Below, in pieces: positions 45,153 to 55,389 of a stretch of 64,000 nt of DNA. Source of the DNA: an uncultured Actinomycetes bacterium. GTDB lineage: Bacteria > Actinomycetota > Actinomycetes > Streptosporangiales > Streptosporangiaceae. Every line of letters starts with the position of its first letter. The stretch's first letter is position 1. The DNA is taken from positions 46,281 through 110,280 of the forward strand of contig CAWAWM010000009.1 of NCBI GenBank assembly GCA_963785765.1, in the 5' to 3' direction. The translations under genes were made by a program, and so were the position numbers. A model generated the notes under the pieces. The model was not told the origin of the DNA and ran no database searches. It worked only from the letters and a program-made list of their open reading frames with translations.

Positions 45153-46881
45153 GGGTCCTGTCCTCGATGCGCCCGGCCGTAACGGGTACCGGGACCGGTG
45201 CGCCAGGAGTGGCGGCGCGGTCGCGGTCCGTGCCGGTCCGGCCGTGGCCGCCTGCGATCTGATCGCGGCCGCTAGCGGTGCCTGGGTAGGCGGCGACGCC
45301 GGCCTCGCCGACGGTGGCGGCCTCGCCGGTCGTGGCGGCCTCGCCGGCGGCTTCGGTGCCTGACGGCACCGGCCGGCCAGGCATCCAAGCCCAGATGGCG
45401 ACCGAGCCAACCACCGCGATGATCACCGAGATCAGCGCGGTCACGTGCATGGCATGCACGAACGCGGCGTTGGCCGCGGCCAGCAGGCCGTTCCCGGCCG
45501 GGCCCAGCTGCTGCGCGATCGCCTGGGTCTGCGCGATCGATGCGGTAGCGGCGGTGCGAGCGGCCGGCGACAGCGCGCTGAGCTGCGGCGCGAGCTGGCC
45601 GCGGTAGGCCTGGGCCAGCACCGAGCCGAGCACCGCCACGCCGAGCGCGACCGCCACCTGCCTGGACGTGTTGGTGATCGCGGATCCGGCGCCGCTGCGG
45701 CTTCTCGGCACCACCGACATCACGGCCTCGGTGGCGGGCGGCATGACGCTGCCCATCCCGGCGCCCTGGATGAAGAAGATCACTTCAAGGACCCAGATCG
45801 GGGTACTGGTCCCGAGGAAGTGATAGCCGACCAGTGCGGTCGCCACCATCAGCACCCCGGTAGTGCAGACCGCCTTCGGGCCGAACCGCTTGACCAGCCC
45901 GGCACTCCGCGTTGAGGAGATGAGCTGGCCAGCAGCCAGCGGAATGGTCAGCAGGCCAGCGTGCAGCGGACTGTAACCGCGCACGTTCTGCATGTAGAAG
46001 CTGATGAAGAAGTAGACCCCGGCCATCGCGAAGAAGACCAGCGCGATCGCGGCGGCCGCGGACGACAGCCGCGGATCGCGGAACAGCCGCACATCGAGCG
46101 ACGGATTGGGGATCCGGCTCTCGTACCACCCGAAACCCACCAGCACGGCCAGCCCGCCCACGACCGGCACCAGCACGTCACCGCGGAGCCACGAGCCCGT
46201 GTCCCCGCCCTGGATGATCCCGTACACCACGAGCACCAGGCCGGCGATCGACAGCAGCACGCCGAGGTAATCGATCTTCCCCGGATTCGGGCTCTTGGAC
46301 TCCGGGACGATCAGCATGATCGCGACCACGCCGACGGCGGTCAGCGGCACGTTGATCAGGAAGACCGATCCCCACCAGAAGTGGTCGAGCAACAGCCCGC
46401 CCGCGATCGGGCCGACGGCGATCGCCACGCCGACGGCCGCGGCCCAGATGCCGATGGCCCGCGCGCGCTCCCGCGGATCGAAGACGTTGGTGATGATGGA
46501 CAGTGTCTGCGGCATGACCGCCGCGCCGCCCAGGCCCATCGCCGCCCGGGCCAGGATCAGCTGCTCGGGCGAGTGCGCGTAGGACGAGACCAGCGACGCG
46601 ATGCCGAACATCGCCATGCCGATCATCAGCATGCGCTTGCGGCCGATCCGGTCGCCGATGACGCCAAAGGTGAACAGCAGCCCGGCGAACACGAGCGTGT
46701 AAGAGTTGATCGCCCACTCAAGCTGGCTCTGGCTCGCGCCCAGGCCGCCTAGCGGCTTGGGCTCGGAGATCGTCTTGAGGGCGATGTTCAGCACGGTGTT
46801 GTCGAGGACGATTGCCACCAGGCTGATGATCAGGACGCTGAGGATGAGCCATCTGCGTCGCTGAATGAGCTGGGAATCCAT
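45136..46881 (-). CDS. MFS drug:H+ antiporter (DHA2 / EmrB-QacA type, 14 TMS)
   Basis: The ORF opens at 46962; I prefer ATG 46881. MDSQLIQRRRWLILSVLII ... GDRIGRKRMLMIG. Long unstructured C-terminal tail. Confidence 0.9.
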   Translation of the reverse strand: MDSQLIQRRRWLILSVLIISLVAIVLDNTVLNIALKTISEPKPLGGLGASQSQLEWAINSYTLVFAGLLFTFGVIGDRIGRKRMLMIGMAMFGIASLVSSYAHSPEQLILARAAMGLGGAAVMPQTLSIITNVFDPRERARAIGIWAAAVGVAIAVGPIAGGLLLDHFWWGSVFLINVPLTAVGVVAIMLIVPESKSPNPGKIDYLGVLLSIAGLVLVVYGIIQGGDTGSWLRGDVLVPVVGGLAVLVGFGWYESRIPNPSLDVRLFRDPRLSSAAAAIALVFFAMAGVYFFISFYMQNVRGYSPLHAGLLTIPLAAGQLISSTRSAGLVKRFGPKAVCTTGVLMVATALVGYHFLGTSTPIWVLEVIFFIQGAGMGSVMPPATEAVMSVVPRSRSGAGSAITNTSRQVAVALGVAVLGSVLAQAYRGQLAPQLSALSPAARTAATASIAQTQAIAQQLGPAGNGLLAAANAAFVHAMHVTALISVIIAVVGSVAIWAWMPGRPVPSGTEAAGEAATTGEAATVGEAGVAAYPGTASGRDQIAGGHGRTGTDRDRAATPGAPVPVPVTAGRIEDRTHDAPR

Positions 46882-46973
46882 GGGGCCCTTCACAGCTGCC
46901 GGGAAGGCCTGGCCTGCCGGCGGTGTAGTAGCCGGCACCCGCCGCTGCCCGGCGCCCGGCACTGCTTCATAAC

Positions 46974-46994
46974 GATACGAAACGTCATCGTATC
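46974..46994. promoter_or_regulatory. Inverted repeat GATACGA-n7-TCGTATC upstream of the MFS-TetR operon
   Basis: Read directly, in a GC-poor patch 93 nt upstream of the MFS start. Candidate TetR operator. Confidence 0.4.
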
Positions 46995-47116
46995 ATAATC
47001 ATGGCGCGAGGCGCCAGGCGCCAAAGTGCCTGGCCGGCTATCCGCGCCAGGTTACGCGTGTCATTATCGAAATGTCCGGGGACGCCGTAGGAGCGCCTCG
47101 AGACGTGGAGGACGTT

Positions 47117-48088
47117 ATGACTTCTCAGCAGGATGCCCATGCGCAGGCCGCGACCACAGCGCGGACCACACCCGCAGAGCCCGCCGTCGGCCCCGCCGCG
47201 CCAGGCGCCAGGACGACGGCCGCGCCCGGGGCACGGACCGAGGCGCTCGGCACCCGGACGCCCGCGCCAGAGCCGCTCTACGGTGGCCGCGGCACCCGCC
47301 GCATCACCGTTCGCGACATCACCATGGCCAAGGAGCGCGGCGAGAAATGGCCGATGCTCACCGCCTACGACGCACTGACGGCGCGGGTCTTCGACGACGC
47401 CGGGATCCCGGTCCTCCTGGTCGGCGATTCGGCCGCGATGGTCGTCTACGGCCACGACACGACCATCCCGGTGACCGTCGATGACCTGATCCCGCTCACC
47501 GCCGCCGTGGTCCGCGGCACCAGCCGGGCCCTGGTCGTGGCCGACCTGCCGTTCGGCTCCTACCAGGCCTCGCCGGAGGCGGCGCTGCGGGCGGCGGTCA
47601 GATTCCTGAAAGAGGCCGGCGCGCACGCGGTCAAGCTCGAGGGCGGCTACCGGGTGGTCAGGCAGGTCGAGGACATGGTGGCGGCCGGGATCCCGGTGAT
47701 GGCCCATCTCGGCCTGACCCCGCAGTCGGTCAATGCCTTCGGCGGCTACCGGGTCCAGGGCCGCGGCGAGGACGGTGAGCGACTGCTGCACGACGCCAAG
47801 GCGCTGCAGGCGGCCGGCGCGTTCTCGGTCGTGCTCGAAGCGGTACCTGCTGAGCTGGCGGCCCGGGTTACGGCCACGCTGTCGATCCCGACGATCGGGA
47901 TCGGCGCTGGCCCGGCCTGCGATGCCCAGGTACTTGTCTGGCAGGACATGGCCGGGCTCAGCCCGCGGACCGCCAAGTTCGTCAAGCGCTACGCGGATGT
48001 CGGCGGCGTGCTGCGGGACGCCGCGCAATCCTTCGCCACGGACGTGGTCGCGGGGAGCTTCCCGACCGAGGAGTACTCCTACCGCTGA
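47117..48088 (+). CDS. panB: 3-methyl-2-oxobutanoate hydroxymethyltransferase
   Basis: ATG 47117 follows [45 protein letters not shown] ... AHAVKLEGG ... [17 protein letters not shown]. Confidence 0.95.
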   Translation: MTSQQDAHAQAATTARTTPAEPAVGPAAPGARTTAAPGARTEALGTRTPAPEPLYGGRGTRRITVRDITMAKERGEKWPMLTAYDALTARVFDDAGIPVLLVGDSAAMVVYGHDTTIPVTVDDLIPLTAAVVRGTSRALVVADLPFGSYQASPEAALRAAVRFLKEAGAHAVKLEGGYRVVRQVEDMVAAGIPVMAHLGLTPQSVNAFGGYRVQGRGEDGERLLHDAKALQAAGAFSVVLEAVPAELAARVTATLSIPTIGIGAGPACDAQVLVWQDMAGLSPRTAKFVKRYADVGGVLRDAAQSFATDVVAGSFPTEEYSYR

Positions 48089-48138
48089 CCGGCCTGGTCC
48101 GCAGGGCGCGCCCAGGCCGTGCTGACCGGACGTGCGCG

Positions 48139-48873
48139 CTAGATATCGGTGATGCGCAGGCCGGCGTGGGACTTGTAGCGCCGGTTGATGGACACCAGAT
48201 TGGCGGTCAGCGCTTCGACCTGGGCGCAGTTGCGGAGCCGGCCTGCGTAGATCCCGCGCGCCCCGGGAATCCGCTCGGCCAGCGCCTGGACCAGATCGGT
48301 CGCCTGGCGGTCGTCGCCGAGGACCATCACATCCAGGTCCACCTCGGCTACCTCGGGGTCAAGCAGGAGCACCGCCGACACGTGGTGAAACGCGCCGACC
48401 ACGGTGCTGCCCGGCAGCACCTGAGCGGCCTGCTCGGCAGCGCTGCCTTCCTCGACGCGGATCGGGTACGCCCCGCGGGAGTCGAAGGCCAGCGGGTTCA
48501 CGCAGTCGATCAGGATCTTGCCATCGAGCGCGGCCGCGAGTTGCGCGAGTAGGTCGCGGTGGCCCTCCCACGGGACCGCGGCGATCACCACGTCACTGCC
48601 GCGCGCGGCATCCTCGTTGGATGCCCCGGTGACCTGCGGCGGCGAGCCGACGCTGGCCGCGGCGGCCACCGCCCGGGCCGGATTGCGCGAGCCGATGATC
48701 ACGCGGTTGCCGGCCAGCCCGAGCCTTCGGGCCAGGCCGCGGCCCTGATCTCCGGTGCCGCCGAGGACACCCACCGTCAGGCCGGCGGCCACGGTGGCTG
48801 GATCGGGCGCGGCACCGGCCTGGTCAGGGCGGGCGGCTCCGTGCGGGTCAGGCGTGCTGTGGTCGGCTGCCAT
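48139..48873 (-). CDS. npdG: NADPH-dependent F420 reductase-like oxidoreductase
   Basis: 244 aa. VGVLGGTGDQGRGLARRLGLAGNRVIIGSR. Confidence 0.7.
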   Translation of the reverse strand: MAADHSTPDPHGAARPDQAGAAPDPATVAAGLTVGVLGGTGDQGRGLARRLGLAGNRVIIGSRNPARAVAAAASVGSPPQVTGASNEDAARGSDVVIAAVPWEGHRDLLAQLAAALDGKILIDCVNPLAFDSRGAYPIRVEEGSAAEQAAQVLPGSTVVGAFHHVSAVLLLDPEVAEVDLDVMVLGDDRQATDLVQALAERIPGARGIYAGRLRNCAQVEALTANLVSINRRYKSHAGLRITDI

Positions 48874-48906
48874 GCCGACGATCCTGCCAGATCACCGGCC
48901 CGCGCC

Positions 48907-49590
48907 ATGATCCTGGCCCGGCAACCTCATCCAGGCGCCGGTGAAGCGTCACCGGGCTGTCACCGTCCTGCTGCGCCCGGCCATCGAGTCGGGCACCATG
49001 GACAAGTGGATGGCGATCAGGTGGCCGCGCTGCGCGAGCTGCTCGGCCCGAGCCGGTGGCTGGAGCGGACCCGGTCCCTCGCACGCGCGCTGCGCATCTC
49101 CGCACGGACCCCGGGCGGACTGCTCGTCGTCGGCACGCCTGATGACGAGCCATGGCACCTGGCCGCGCACCTGGATCTGGAGAGCCGCCTGGCCGACCTC
49201 CCCGGCCTCACGCCGACCCTGGTCAGGTGGTCGCCGCCGGCCTGCGCGCCCCCGCACCTGAGGGTGGGACTGACCCGCCTGGAGTCGGCCGGGCGCGGCG
49301 AGACGCTCTTCGTGGTGAGCCCGCAGGCAGCTCCGGTCCCGCTGCTGGAGCGGGTGCACGATGCCCGGCGGCTCGGCGCCACCATCCTGGCCCTCGACCA
49401 GGACGATCCGCAGCTTGACGAGATGGCGCACGAAGCGCTTGCGGTCTCTCCCGACCAGGCGCCGTTCTCCTTTGACGCGGCCCAGCACCTGGTCAGCATG
49501 GCGGCCGGCGAGCCGCAGCGCCCCGCCGCCAGCATCCGGGGCCGGCTGGCCCGGCTGCTTGACACGGTGAGCGGCGCGCCCGCCGACTGA
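48907..49590 (+). CDS. Hypothetical protein
   Basis: The in-frame ORF opens at 48559 but overlaps npdG antisense. ATG 48907 or GTG 49006 are possible starts. No recognised motif. Confidence 0.4.
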   Translation: MILARQPHPGAGEASPGCHRPAAPGHRVGHHGQVDGDQVAALRELLGPSRWLERTRSLARALRISARTPGGLLVVGTPDDEPWHLAAHLDLESRLADLPGLTPTLVRWSPPACAPPHLRVGLTRLESAGRGETLFVVSPQAAPVPLLERVHDARRLGATILALDQDDPQLDEMAHEALAVSPDQAPFSFDAAQHLVSMAAGEPQRPAASIRGRLARLLDTVSGAPAD

Positions 49591-49599
49591 CGCGGCACG

Positions 49600-49740
49600 G
49601 CCGGTCCGCGCTCAGGCACCCGGGCTCAGGAGCCGGGCTCAGGCACCTGGGCCCAGTCGCCGGCTCAGGAGTCGAGGCTGAGGAGCCGAGGATCAGGAGC
49701 CGAGGCTCAGGCTCGAGGCTCAGGAGTCGAGGCTCAGCAC
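49600..49740 (-). repeat. About ten degenerate 12-14-nt units (plus strand GAGGCTCAGGAGCC) between convergent genes, continuous with the 3' end of the YbjQ gene
   Basis: Read directly. On the minus strand the units read CTCGACTCCTGAGCC and similar, each copying the terminal LDS-stop codons. Confidence 0.75.
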
Positions 49741-50565
49741 CATGGTGGGACGCTCGATCACGTGGTCGTCGCGCAGCGGGCGGACCGCCGTGCCGATCGC
49801 GAAGAACTCGGTGGTGTGCGAGCCCCAGGTATGGCTGTGCTGGCGAAGCTGCACGCCGACGATGCCCTCCGCGTGCAGTTCCTCGGCTTCGGCCTGCATC
49901 CGGGTCATGGCCAGCTCACGCGCGTCATACAGCGCCTGGGTGAACTGCTCCAGCTCGACATTGCGGCCGATGTTGCCCAGCTTCCCGCCGAGCTTCTGGT
50001 GCGCGATGTGGTAGACGCACGATCCCATCACCATGCCGAGCGGGGCGTAACCGGCGCGGATCAGCGTCCAGAAATCCTGGCCTGACAGGTCCGACGTGAA
50101 CGGCAACTTCTTGTTGTTCCGCCAGTTCCTGACCCCGCCGCCGCCCGCGCCTTCCTCGGCGTGGACGGCGGTGCCGACAGCAATGAACTCGGCGATGTCG
50201 CTGCCGAATTCCTTCATCTCGACGTCCAGCCGGACGCCGACGATGCCATCCGCGCCCAGTTCCTGGGCCTCGGCCTCCATCCGGCTCATGGCCAGCTCAC
50301 GGGCGTGGTACATGGCCTGCGACAGGACGTCGAGTTCCTGGTTCTTTCCCCAGCGCCCGACCTGCAGCCCGACATGGTAGATAGAGCTGCCCAGCACCAG
50401 GCCGAGCGGACGGAAGCCGACCTCCCGCACCAGCAGGAACTCATTGACCGACAGATCCGAGGTGAAGATCGCGCCGGGACGTCCGGGGCGCAGTTCCGCC
50501 AGGCGCCGCATGGCGTCCTGCGGTACTCCCTGCAACCCGAGATCGGTGCTCTTCTGGTCAGTCAT
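49720..50565 (-). CDS. Double YbjQ/UPF0145-domain protein
   Basis: 281 aa. AAGGAG RBS. Two internal repeats, each with FTSDLS..(E/D)F...... G..P.G.V.GS.(I/V)YH ... ELA(M)(S/T)RM.AEA.E(L).A.GIVGV. Confidence 0.75.
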   Translation of the reverse strand: MTDQKSTDLGLQGVPQDAMRRLAELRPGRPGAIFTSDLSVNEFLLVREVGFRPLGLVLGSSIYHVGLQVGRWGKNQELDVLSQAMYHARELAMSRMEAEAQELGADGIVGVRLDVEMKEFGSDIAEFIAVGTAVHAEEGAGGGGVRNWRNNKKLPFTSDLSGQDFWTLIRAGYAPLGMVMGSCVYHIAHQKLGGKLGNIGRNVELEQFTQALYDARELAMTRMQAEAEELHAEGIVGVQLRQHSHTWGSHTTEFFAIGTAVRPLRDDHVIERPTMVLSLDS

Positions 50566-50607
50566 TGTGCTCCTTGGGCGAGTACAGCGAGCAGGCTGCG
50601 GCGGCCA

Positions 50608-51537
50608 TCATGGTCCCAGCCGCACCCGTGCCGCCTGGCGGCGCTGCGGGTCCAGTGAGAGGATCGCCAGGCTCGAACCGTGCAGCGGCCGGCCAGACCT
50701 AGCGAACTGGGCCGTGGCCGTGCCGATGATGGTGACCTCGACGATGTGATCTTTGCGATGCTCCTGCATGGTGCATTCCCGCTCGCGGATCCGGGTGTCG
50801 ATGCTGGTCACGACGACCCCGTCGGCACCGAGCCTGGTCACGTCCTTTTCCAGCTGGATCCGGGCGTCGTGCCTGGCCTGGTGCACAAGGTCGCTATAGC
50901 CGCTGACTTCGGCGCTGCCCGACCCCCAGCTGGTCTGGGTGACGGTCAGCCAGTCATCGTGCCTGGCCCCGACCGAGATTCCGAGCACCAGGCCCGCAGG
51001 TACCCAGCCCGCCATGATGAGCTTGGCGAAATCCTGTCCGGACAGGTCAGAGGTGAACGGCTGCTTGAGCGCAACCCCGCCCGGTGCTCGCACCGCCGTG
51101 CCGATGGCCTTGAACTCCAGGCCGCCCGCCGGGAACGCGCCGATCGTGAGGGAGACACCGACGATGCCATGGCCGCCGAGCTCCGCGCATTCCGCTGACA
51201 TCCGCCCGATCGCCCGGCGGCGGGCCTCATACAGCGTCCGGACCATGGGCGCGAACGAGCTCATTCCGCCCGATCCCGACACCGAGGTCACGCTGCGGTA
51301 AGGGGCGGCATACCCGCCGTACCCGGCCCACGCCCCTGGGCAGTTGAATCCGCCGGTGTAGCCGATGTTGTAGACGGCGGCACCGAGCACCTGACCGACC
51401 GGCTCGAAGCCCACGCTGCGGATCGCCGTGAACTCGTCGGCCGACAGCGCCGACCCCCAGGTACCACTACGGCGGATCTCGGCCAGGCGGGACTCGGCCG
51501 CCGGTGGCAGCTCGCTACCAGGCTGATCCTCAGTCAC
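50608..51537 (-). CDS. Double YbjQ/UPF0145-domain protein (paralog)
   Basis: The ORF opens at 51621. GTG 51537 follows AAGGGG. Same two-domain architecture ([20 protein letters not shown] ..., [22 protein letters not shown] ...). Confidence 0.7.
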   Translation of the reverse strand: MTEDQPGSELPPAAESRLAEIRRSGTWGSALSADEFTAIRSVGFEPVGQVLGAAVYNIGYTGGFNCPGAWAGYGGYAAPYRSVTSVSGSGGMSSFAPMVRTLYEARRRAIGRMSAECAELGGHGIVGVSLTIGAFPAGGLEFKAIGTAVRAPGGVALKQPFTSDLSGQDFAKLIMAGWVPAGLVLGISVGARHDDWLTVTQTSWGSGSAEVSGYSDLVHQARHDARIQLEKDVTRLGADGVVVTSIDTRIRERECTMQEHRKDHIVEVTIIGTATAQFARSGRPLHGSSLAILSLDPQRRQAARVRLGP

Positions 51538-51639
51538 CCGCACGCCCCTTTCGGCCCCAAAGGACCGCTCCGGCCCACGATACCGGGCAGGCTGGAGCCC
51601 GCGCCCGCCGAGCCTGGCCACGGCGGCCGTGGCGGCCGG

Positions 51640-51813
51640 CTAATCGTCGTCGGTGGCGTCCCATTCCTCGTTCCGCTCCCGAACGGTCTCCAGGGCGTGG
51701 GCCGCCTCCTCCCGGGTCTGGTACGGACCCAGCCGGTCCTTGGCCCGGCATGCGGTATCGGGCTCGACAGTGTTGTGCTTCAGGCAGTACCACCAGCGAC
51801 GCTCACCTTCCAT
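51640..51813 (-). CDS. Small conserved-looking protein, 57 aa (below the ORF-track cutoff)
   Basis: My own translation is [57 protein letters not shown]-stop. About 80% G/C at third positions. GGGAG lies 10 nt upstream of the ATG. Divergent from map with only 20 nt between the two start codons. Confidence 0.55.
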   Translation of the reverse strand: MEGERRWWYCLKHNTVEPDTACRAKDRLGPYQTREEAAHALETVRERNEEWDATDDD

Positions 51814-51833
51814 GGCAACTAGACTCCCAGATC

Positions 51834-52682
51834 ATGGCGACCACGCTCCAGCCCGGCCGGGTATCTCCGATGCGGCAGGTTCCTGCGACGATCGCAGCCC
51901 CCGAATACGTCGGCAAGAAATACCCCAGAGTCGGCGAACCCGATGTCAAGGATGCCGAGACGATCGAGCGGATGCGGATCGCCGGGCGCATCGCCGCCCA
52001 GGCCCTGGCTGAGGTGGGCCGGGCCGTCGCGCCCGGGGTCACCACGGACGAGCTCGACCGGGTGGGGCACGAGTTCCTCTGTGACCACGGCGCCTACCCC
52101 AGCACCCTCGGCTACCGCGGATACCCCAAGTCCCTGTGCACCTCGCTCAACGAGGTGATCTGCCACGGGATCCCCGACGATACGGTGATCGCCGATGGCG
52201 ACATCGTCAACGTGGACATCACGGCCTACATCGGCGGCGTGCACGGCGACACGAATGCCACCTTCCTGGCCGGCGCGGTCGACGAGGAGTCCAGGCTGCT
52301 GGTCGAGCGCACCAGGGAAGCGATGATGCGCGGCATCCGCACGGTGGCACCAGGCCGCCCGCTGAACGCGATCGGCCGGGTCATCGAGTCGTACGCACGC
52401 AGGTTCGGCTACGGGGTGGTCCGCGATTTCACTGGGCATGGCATCGGGACGACCTTCCACTCGGGCCTGATCGTCCCGCACTTCGACGACCCGGACGTGA
52501 CGTTGATCATGGAACCGGGAATGACCTTCACCATCGAGCCGATGCTGACGCTCGGCACGATCGCCTACGACATCTGGCCGGATGGCTGGACCGCCGTGAC
52601 CAGGGACCGCAAGCGCACCGCCCAGTTCGAGCACACCCTGGCGGTTACCGCGGACGGCTACGAGATCCTGACGCTGCCCTAG
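51834..52682 (+). CDS. map: Type I methionine aminopeptidase
   Basis: The ORF opens at 51504. ATG 51834 gives 282 aa colinear with mycobacterial MapB as I recall it. [39 protein letters not shown]. Confidence 0.95.
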   Translation: MATTLQPGRVSPMRQVPATIAAPEYVGKKYPRVGEPDVKDAETIERMRIAGRIAAQALAEVGRAVAPGVTTDELDRVGHEFLCDHGAYPSTLGYRGYPKSLCTSLNEVICHGIPDDTVIADGDIVNVDITAYIGGVHGDTNATFLAGAVDEESRLLVERTREAMMRGIRTVAPGRPLNAIGRVIESYARRFGYGVVRDFTGHGIGTTFHSGLIVPHFDDPDVTLIMEPGMTFTIEPMLTLGTIAYDIWPDGWTAVTRDRKRTAQFEHTLAVTADGYEILTLP

Positions 52683-52729
52683 CCCGGCGCCGCCCTAGCC
52701 GCGCCTGCGGCGGGCAGCGAGCCCGTTCC

Positions 52730-55210
52730 TCAGCTCGGCAGCAGCACTTCCTGAGCAGTCCCCTCGCCGGCCGCCGCCAGCCGGGACGCCGTAGCGGGCT
52801 GCGCCCCGTCGGCGGCCAGCCCGGGACCGGGCCCGGCCTCGGCCGCCGTGATCAGCCGCTTCGCAGCGGCCCCGGCTCCAGCCCCGGCCCCGGCACCGGC
52901 ACCGGCCAGCCGGTCCGCCGCCTCCCGCGGCTGCCCGTCGGCCACGGCACGCCGGGCGGACACCCGGGCGCTGGGCAGCCAGGACAGCCAGCGCGGCAGG
53001 TACCAGCTGCGCTCGCCCAGCGTGATCATGCAGGCCGGCAGCAGGATGCCGCGGACCACCGTCGCGTCGATCAGGATGGCGGACGCCAGGCCCACACCGA
53101 GCATCTTGAGATCGATCATGGACAGCGTGCCGAAGACCGAGAACACCGCCGCCATGACGACCGCCGCGCTGGTCACCACCCCGGCGGTGCGGGCGATGCC
53201 ACCGATGACCGCTTCGGGGTTGCTCGCCCCGCCTTTCCTGAGCTCGTGGATCCGGCTCAGCACGAAGACGTGATAGTCCATGCTGAGCCCGAACAGCAGG
53301 ACGAACATGAACAGCGGTATCCACGGGATGATCCCGCCGTAGGACGCGAAGCCGAGCAGCCCCTGCAGATGCCCGTCCTGGAAGATGAACGTGACGATGC
53401 CGCAGGCCGCCGCCACCGACAGGAAGTTGAGCGCGACCGAGATCAGCGGGAGCACGATGCTGCCGAAGGCCACCAGCAGGACGCCCACCGCGAGCAGGGT
53501 GACCGCCAGCAGCACGATCGGCGTCCGCTGATGCAGCACCTCCTTGAAGTCATAGCTGGACGCGGTGTCCCCGGTCACCGCATAGCTCGTCCCGCCGACC
53601 CGGCCGATGGTGGCGGGCAGCACCGTGTTGCGCAGGTCGAGCAGCGCGGCGTTGGACGCCGGATCGGTTCCGTTGCCGGCCAGCGGCACCTGGACGATCA
53701 GCGCGCGGCCGCCGGCCGCCGTGCTGGCGGTGATCGGGCCCTGGATCGGTCCGTGGCTGGTGGCCATGGATTGCAGCGCGGCGACGGACCGCTGCATGGC
53801 CGGCCCGGTCAGGCCGGTTCCCGATACCACGACCTCGGCGGGCGCCGGGCGGCTGGGGAAGTCCTGCTGGATCTCGTCGAGCGCGTGCACGGTCGGCAGG
53901 CTTGACGGCAGGTCGACCCACGGGTTGCCGAGCCGCATCCCGAACGCGGGCGTGGCCAGCGCGAGCATCGCGATGACGGCGATCCCGCCCCACAGCAACG
54001 GCTTCCTGACCACCCTGACTACCAGCGCGGTCCACATCCGGGACGGTTCGGCGGCCATCCGGTTGCGGCCGACCAGCGGAATCCGGCCGCGATCGGCCCA
54101 CGGGCCGAGCCAGGCGAGCATGGCAGGCAGCGCGGTCAGCGAGCCAAGGACGGCCACGCCGATGACCATGATGGTGCCGAAGGAGATCCCGGTGAACACG
54201 TCAATGCCGGTCAGGAACAGGCCCGCCAGCGCGATCATGACCGTCAGGCCGGACACGACCACCGCCCGTCCCGAGGTGGCAGCGGCAATCTGGATGGCCT
54301 GCAGCGGCGTTCGCCCCGCCGCTCGCTCCTCGCGTTCCCTGCGCAGATAGAACAGCGAGTAGTCGACTCCTACAGCCATCCCGATGACGAGGACGATCTC
54401 GGACGTGCCCGCATCCACCGGCAGCCAGTGCCCGGGAACGGCCAGCAGCCAGACCGTGGCGGCGACCGCGCTCCCGGCCAGCAGCACCGGGATGGCCGCC
54501 GCGATCAGCGCGCCGAACACCACCAGCAGCAGGATCAAGGTGATCGGCACCGAGGTCAGTTCCGCACGCTTGAAGTCCTGCGCGAGCATGGCGTTCCCGG
54601 CCCGGTCCGTGCTCGCGCCACCGGCCTCCTGCACGGTCAGCCTGGGGTACTGCGACTGGACCCTGGCTACCGCGGTCAGGTCGGCCGCCACCGTGGAGTC
54701 GGCGGCGGCATGCGGGCCAGCTACCTTGAAGGTCACCAGGGCCGACCGCCCGTTCGCTGAGATCAGGGACCGGCCACCAGGCCCGAACGGCGAACGGATG
54801 TCCATCGCGGCGCGCGGCAGCCGCGCAAGTCCCGCCACGACATCCCGTATTGCCTGCCTGATCTGCGGATCGTCGGCCACCGTGCGGCCCAGCCCCGTGA
54901 TGAGCACGCTCTCGACCGGCGCGCTCGTCACGTTCAGCCGGTGCAGCACCTGCTCGGCCTGCCCAGCCTGGCCGGGGTCGTACTGCTGCACGCTCGCGCC
55001 GGTGACGAACTGACCGGAGATGAACGCGGCCAGCAGGAAGCCGAGCCAGCCGAGGATGGCTGCTTTCCGGTGCCTGGCGCTCCATCCGGCGATACGCTCC
55101 ACGACCGGCGGACGGCGGGTGCCGGGCGGGGGCCCGGAGGCGCCGGCCGGGACAGGCTGCGCGGGTGGGGCAGGTGGGACAGGTGCTGCGAAACGAGTGG
55201 ACTCAAGCAT
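52730..55210 (-). CDS. MMPL-family (RND superfamily) membrane transporter
   Basis: 826 aa. Two 6-TM bundles with two large extracytoplasmic loops. GVDYSLFYLRRERE and GLSMDYHVFVLSRIHE motifs. (GA)n-rich tail. Confidence 0.9.
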   Translation of the reverse strand: MLESTRFAAPVPPAPPAQPVPAGASGPPPGTRRPPVVERIAGWSARHRKAAILGWLGFLLAAFISGQFVTGASVQQYDPGQAGQAEQVLHRLNVTSAPVESVLITGLGRTVADDPQIRQAIRDVVAGLARLPRAAMDIRSPFGPGGRSLISANGRSALVTFKVAGPHAAADSTVAADLTAVARVQSQYPRLTVQEAGGASTDRAGNAMLAQDFKRAELTSVPITLILLLVVFGALIAAAIPVLLAGSAVAATVWLLAVPGHWLPVDAGTSEIVLVIGMAVGVDYSLFYLRREREERAAGRTPLQAIQIAAATSGRAVVVSGLTVMIALAGLFLTGIDVFTGISFGTIMVIGVAVLGSLTALPAMLAWLGPWADRGRIPLVGRNRMAAEPSRMWTALVVRVVRKPLLWGGIAVIAMLALATPAFGMRLGNPWVDLPSSLPTVHALDEIQQDFPSRPAPAEVVVSGTGLTGPAMQRSVAALQSMATSHGPIQGPITASTAAGGRALIVQVPLAGNGTDPASNAALLDLRNTVLPATIGRVGGTSYAVTGDTASSYDFKEVLHQRTPIVLLAVTLLAVGVLLVAFGSIVLPLISVALNFLSVAAACGIVTFIFQDGHLQGLLGFASYGGIIPWIPLFMFVLLFGLSMDYHVFVLSRIHELRKGGASNPEAVIGGIARTAGVVTSAAVVMAAVFSVFGTLSMIDLKMLGVGLASAILIDATVVRGILLPACMITLGERSWYLPRWLSWLPSARVSARRAVADGQPREAADRLAGAGAGAGAGAGAAAKRLITAAEAGPGPGLAADGAQPATASRLAAAGEGTAQEVLLPS

Positions 55211-55389
55211 CGGGGCCTATCTCGTTGGGGGGCGGACAGGATCCAGCGCGCCCGCCGGCCGGACCGGCCGCGCGCAAAGCTGCCTCCAGTTGCAGCGTAC
55301 CGCCAAACCTGACACTGGCGTCACCCGTTCTGGGCAACACGCGCCTGGAGGCGCCTCCTGCCTGTCCGGCCCGGGCTGGCCGCGGCAGC

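Noticed and set aside
46995-47116. Riboswitch or pan-type RNA motif upstream of panB
   Set aside because: It contains only short generic hairpins. I recall the pan motif as not being an actinobacterial element and could not recognise it here.
55336-55347. GGAGGCGCCTCC palindrome downstream of the DHDPS-like gene as a terminator or operator
   Set aside because: As a hairpin it would have a 5-bp stem and a 2-nt loop, which is implausible. Short GC palindromes of this type are common in this DNA.
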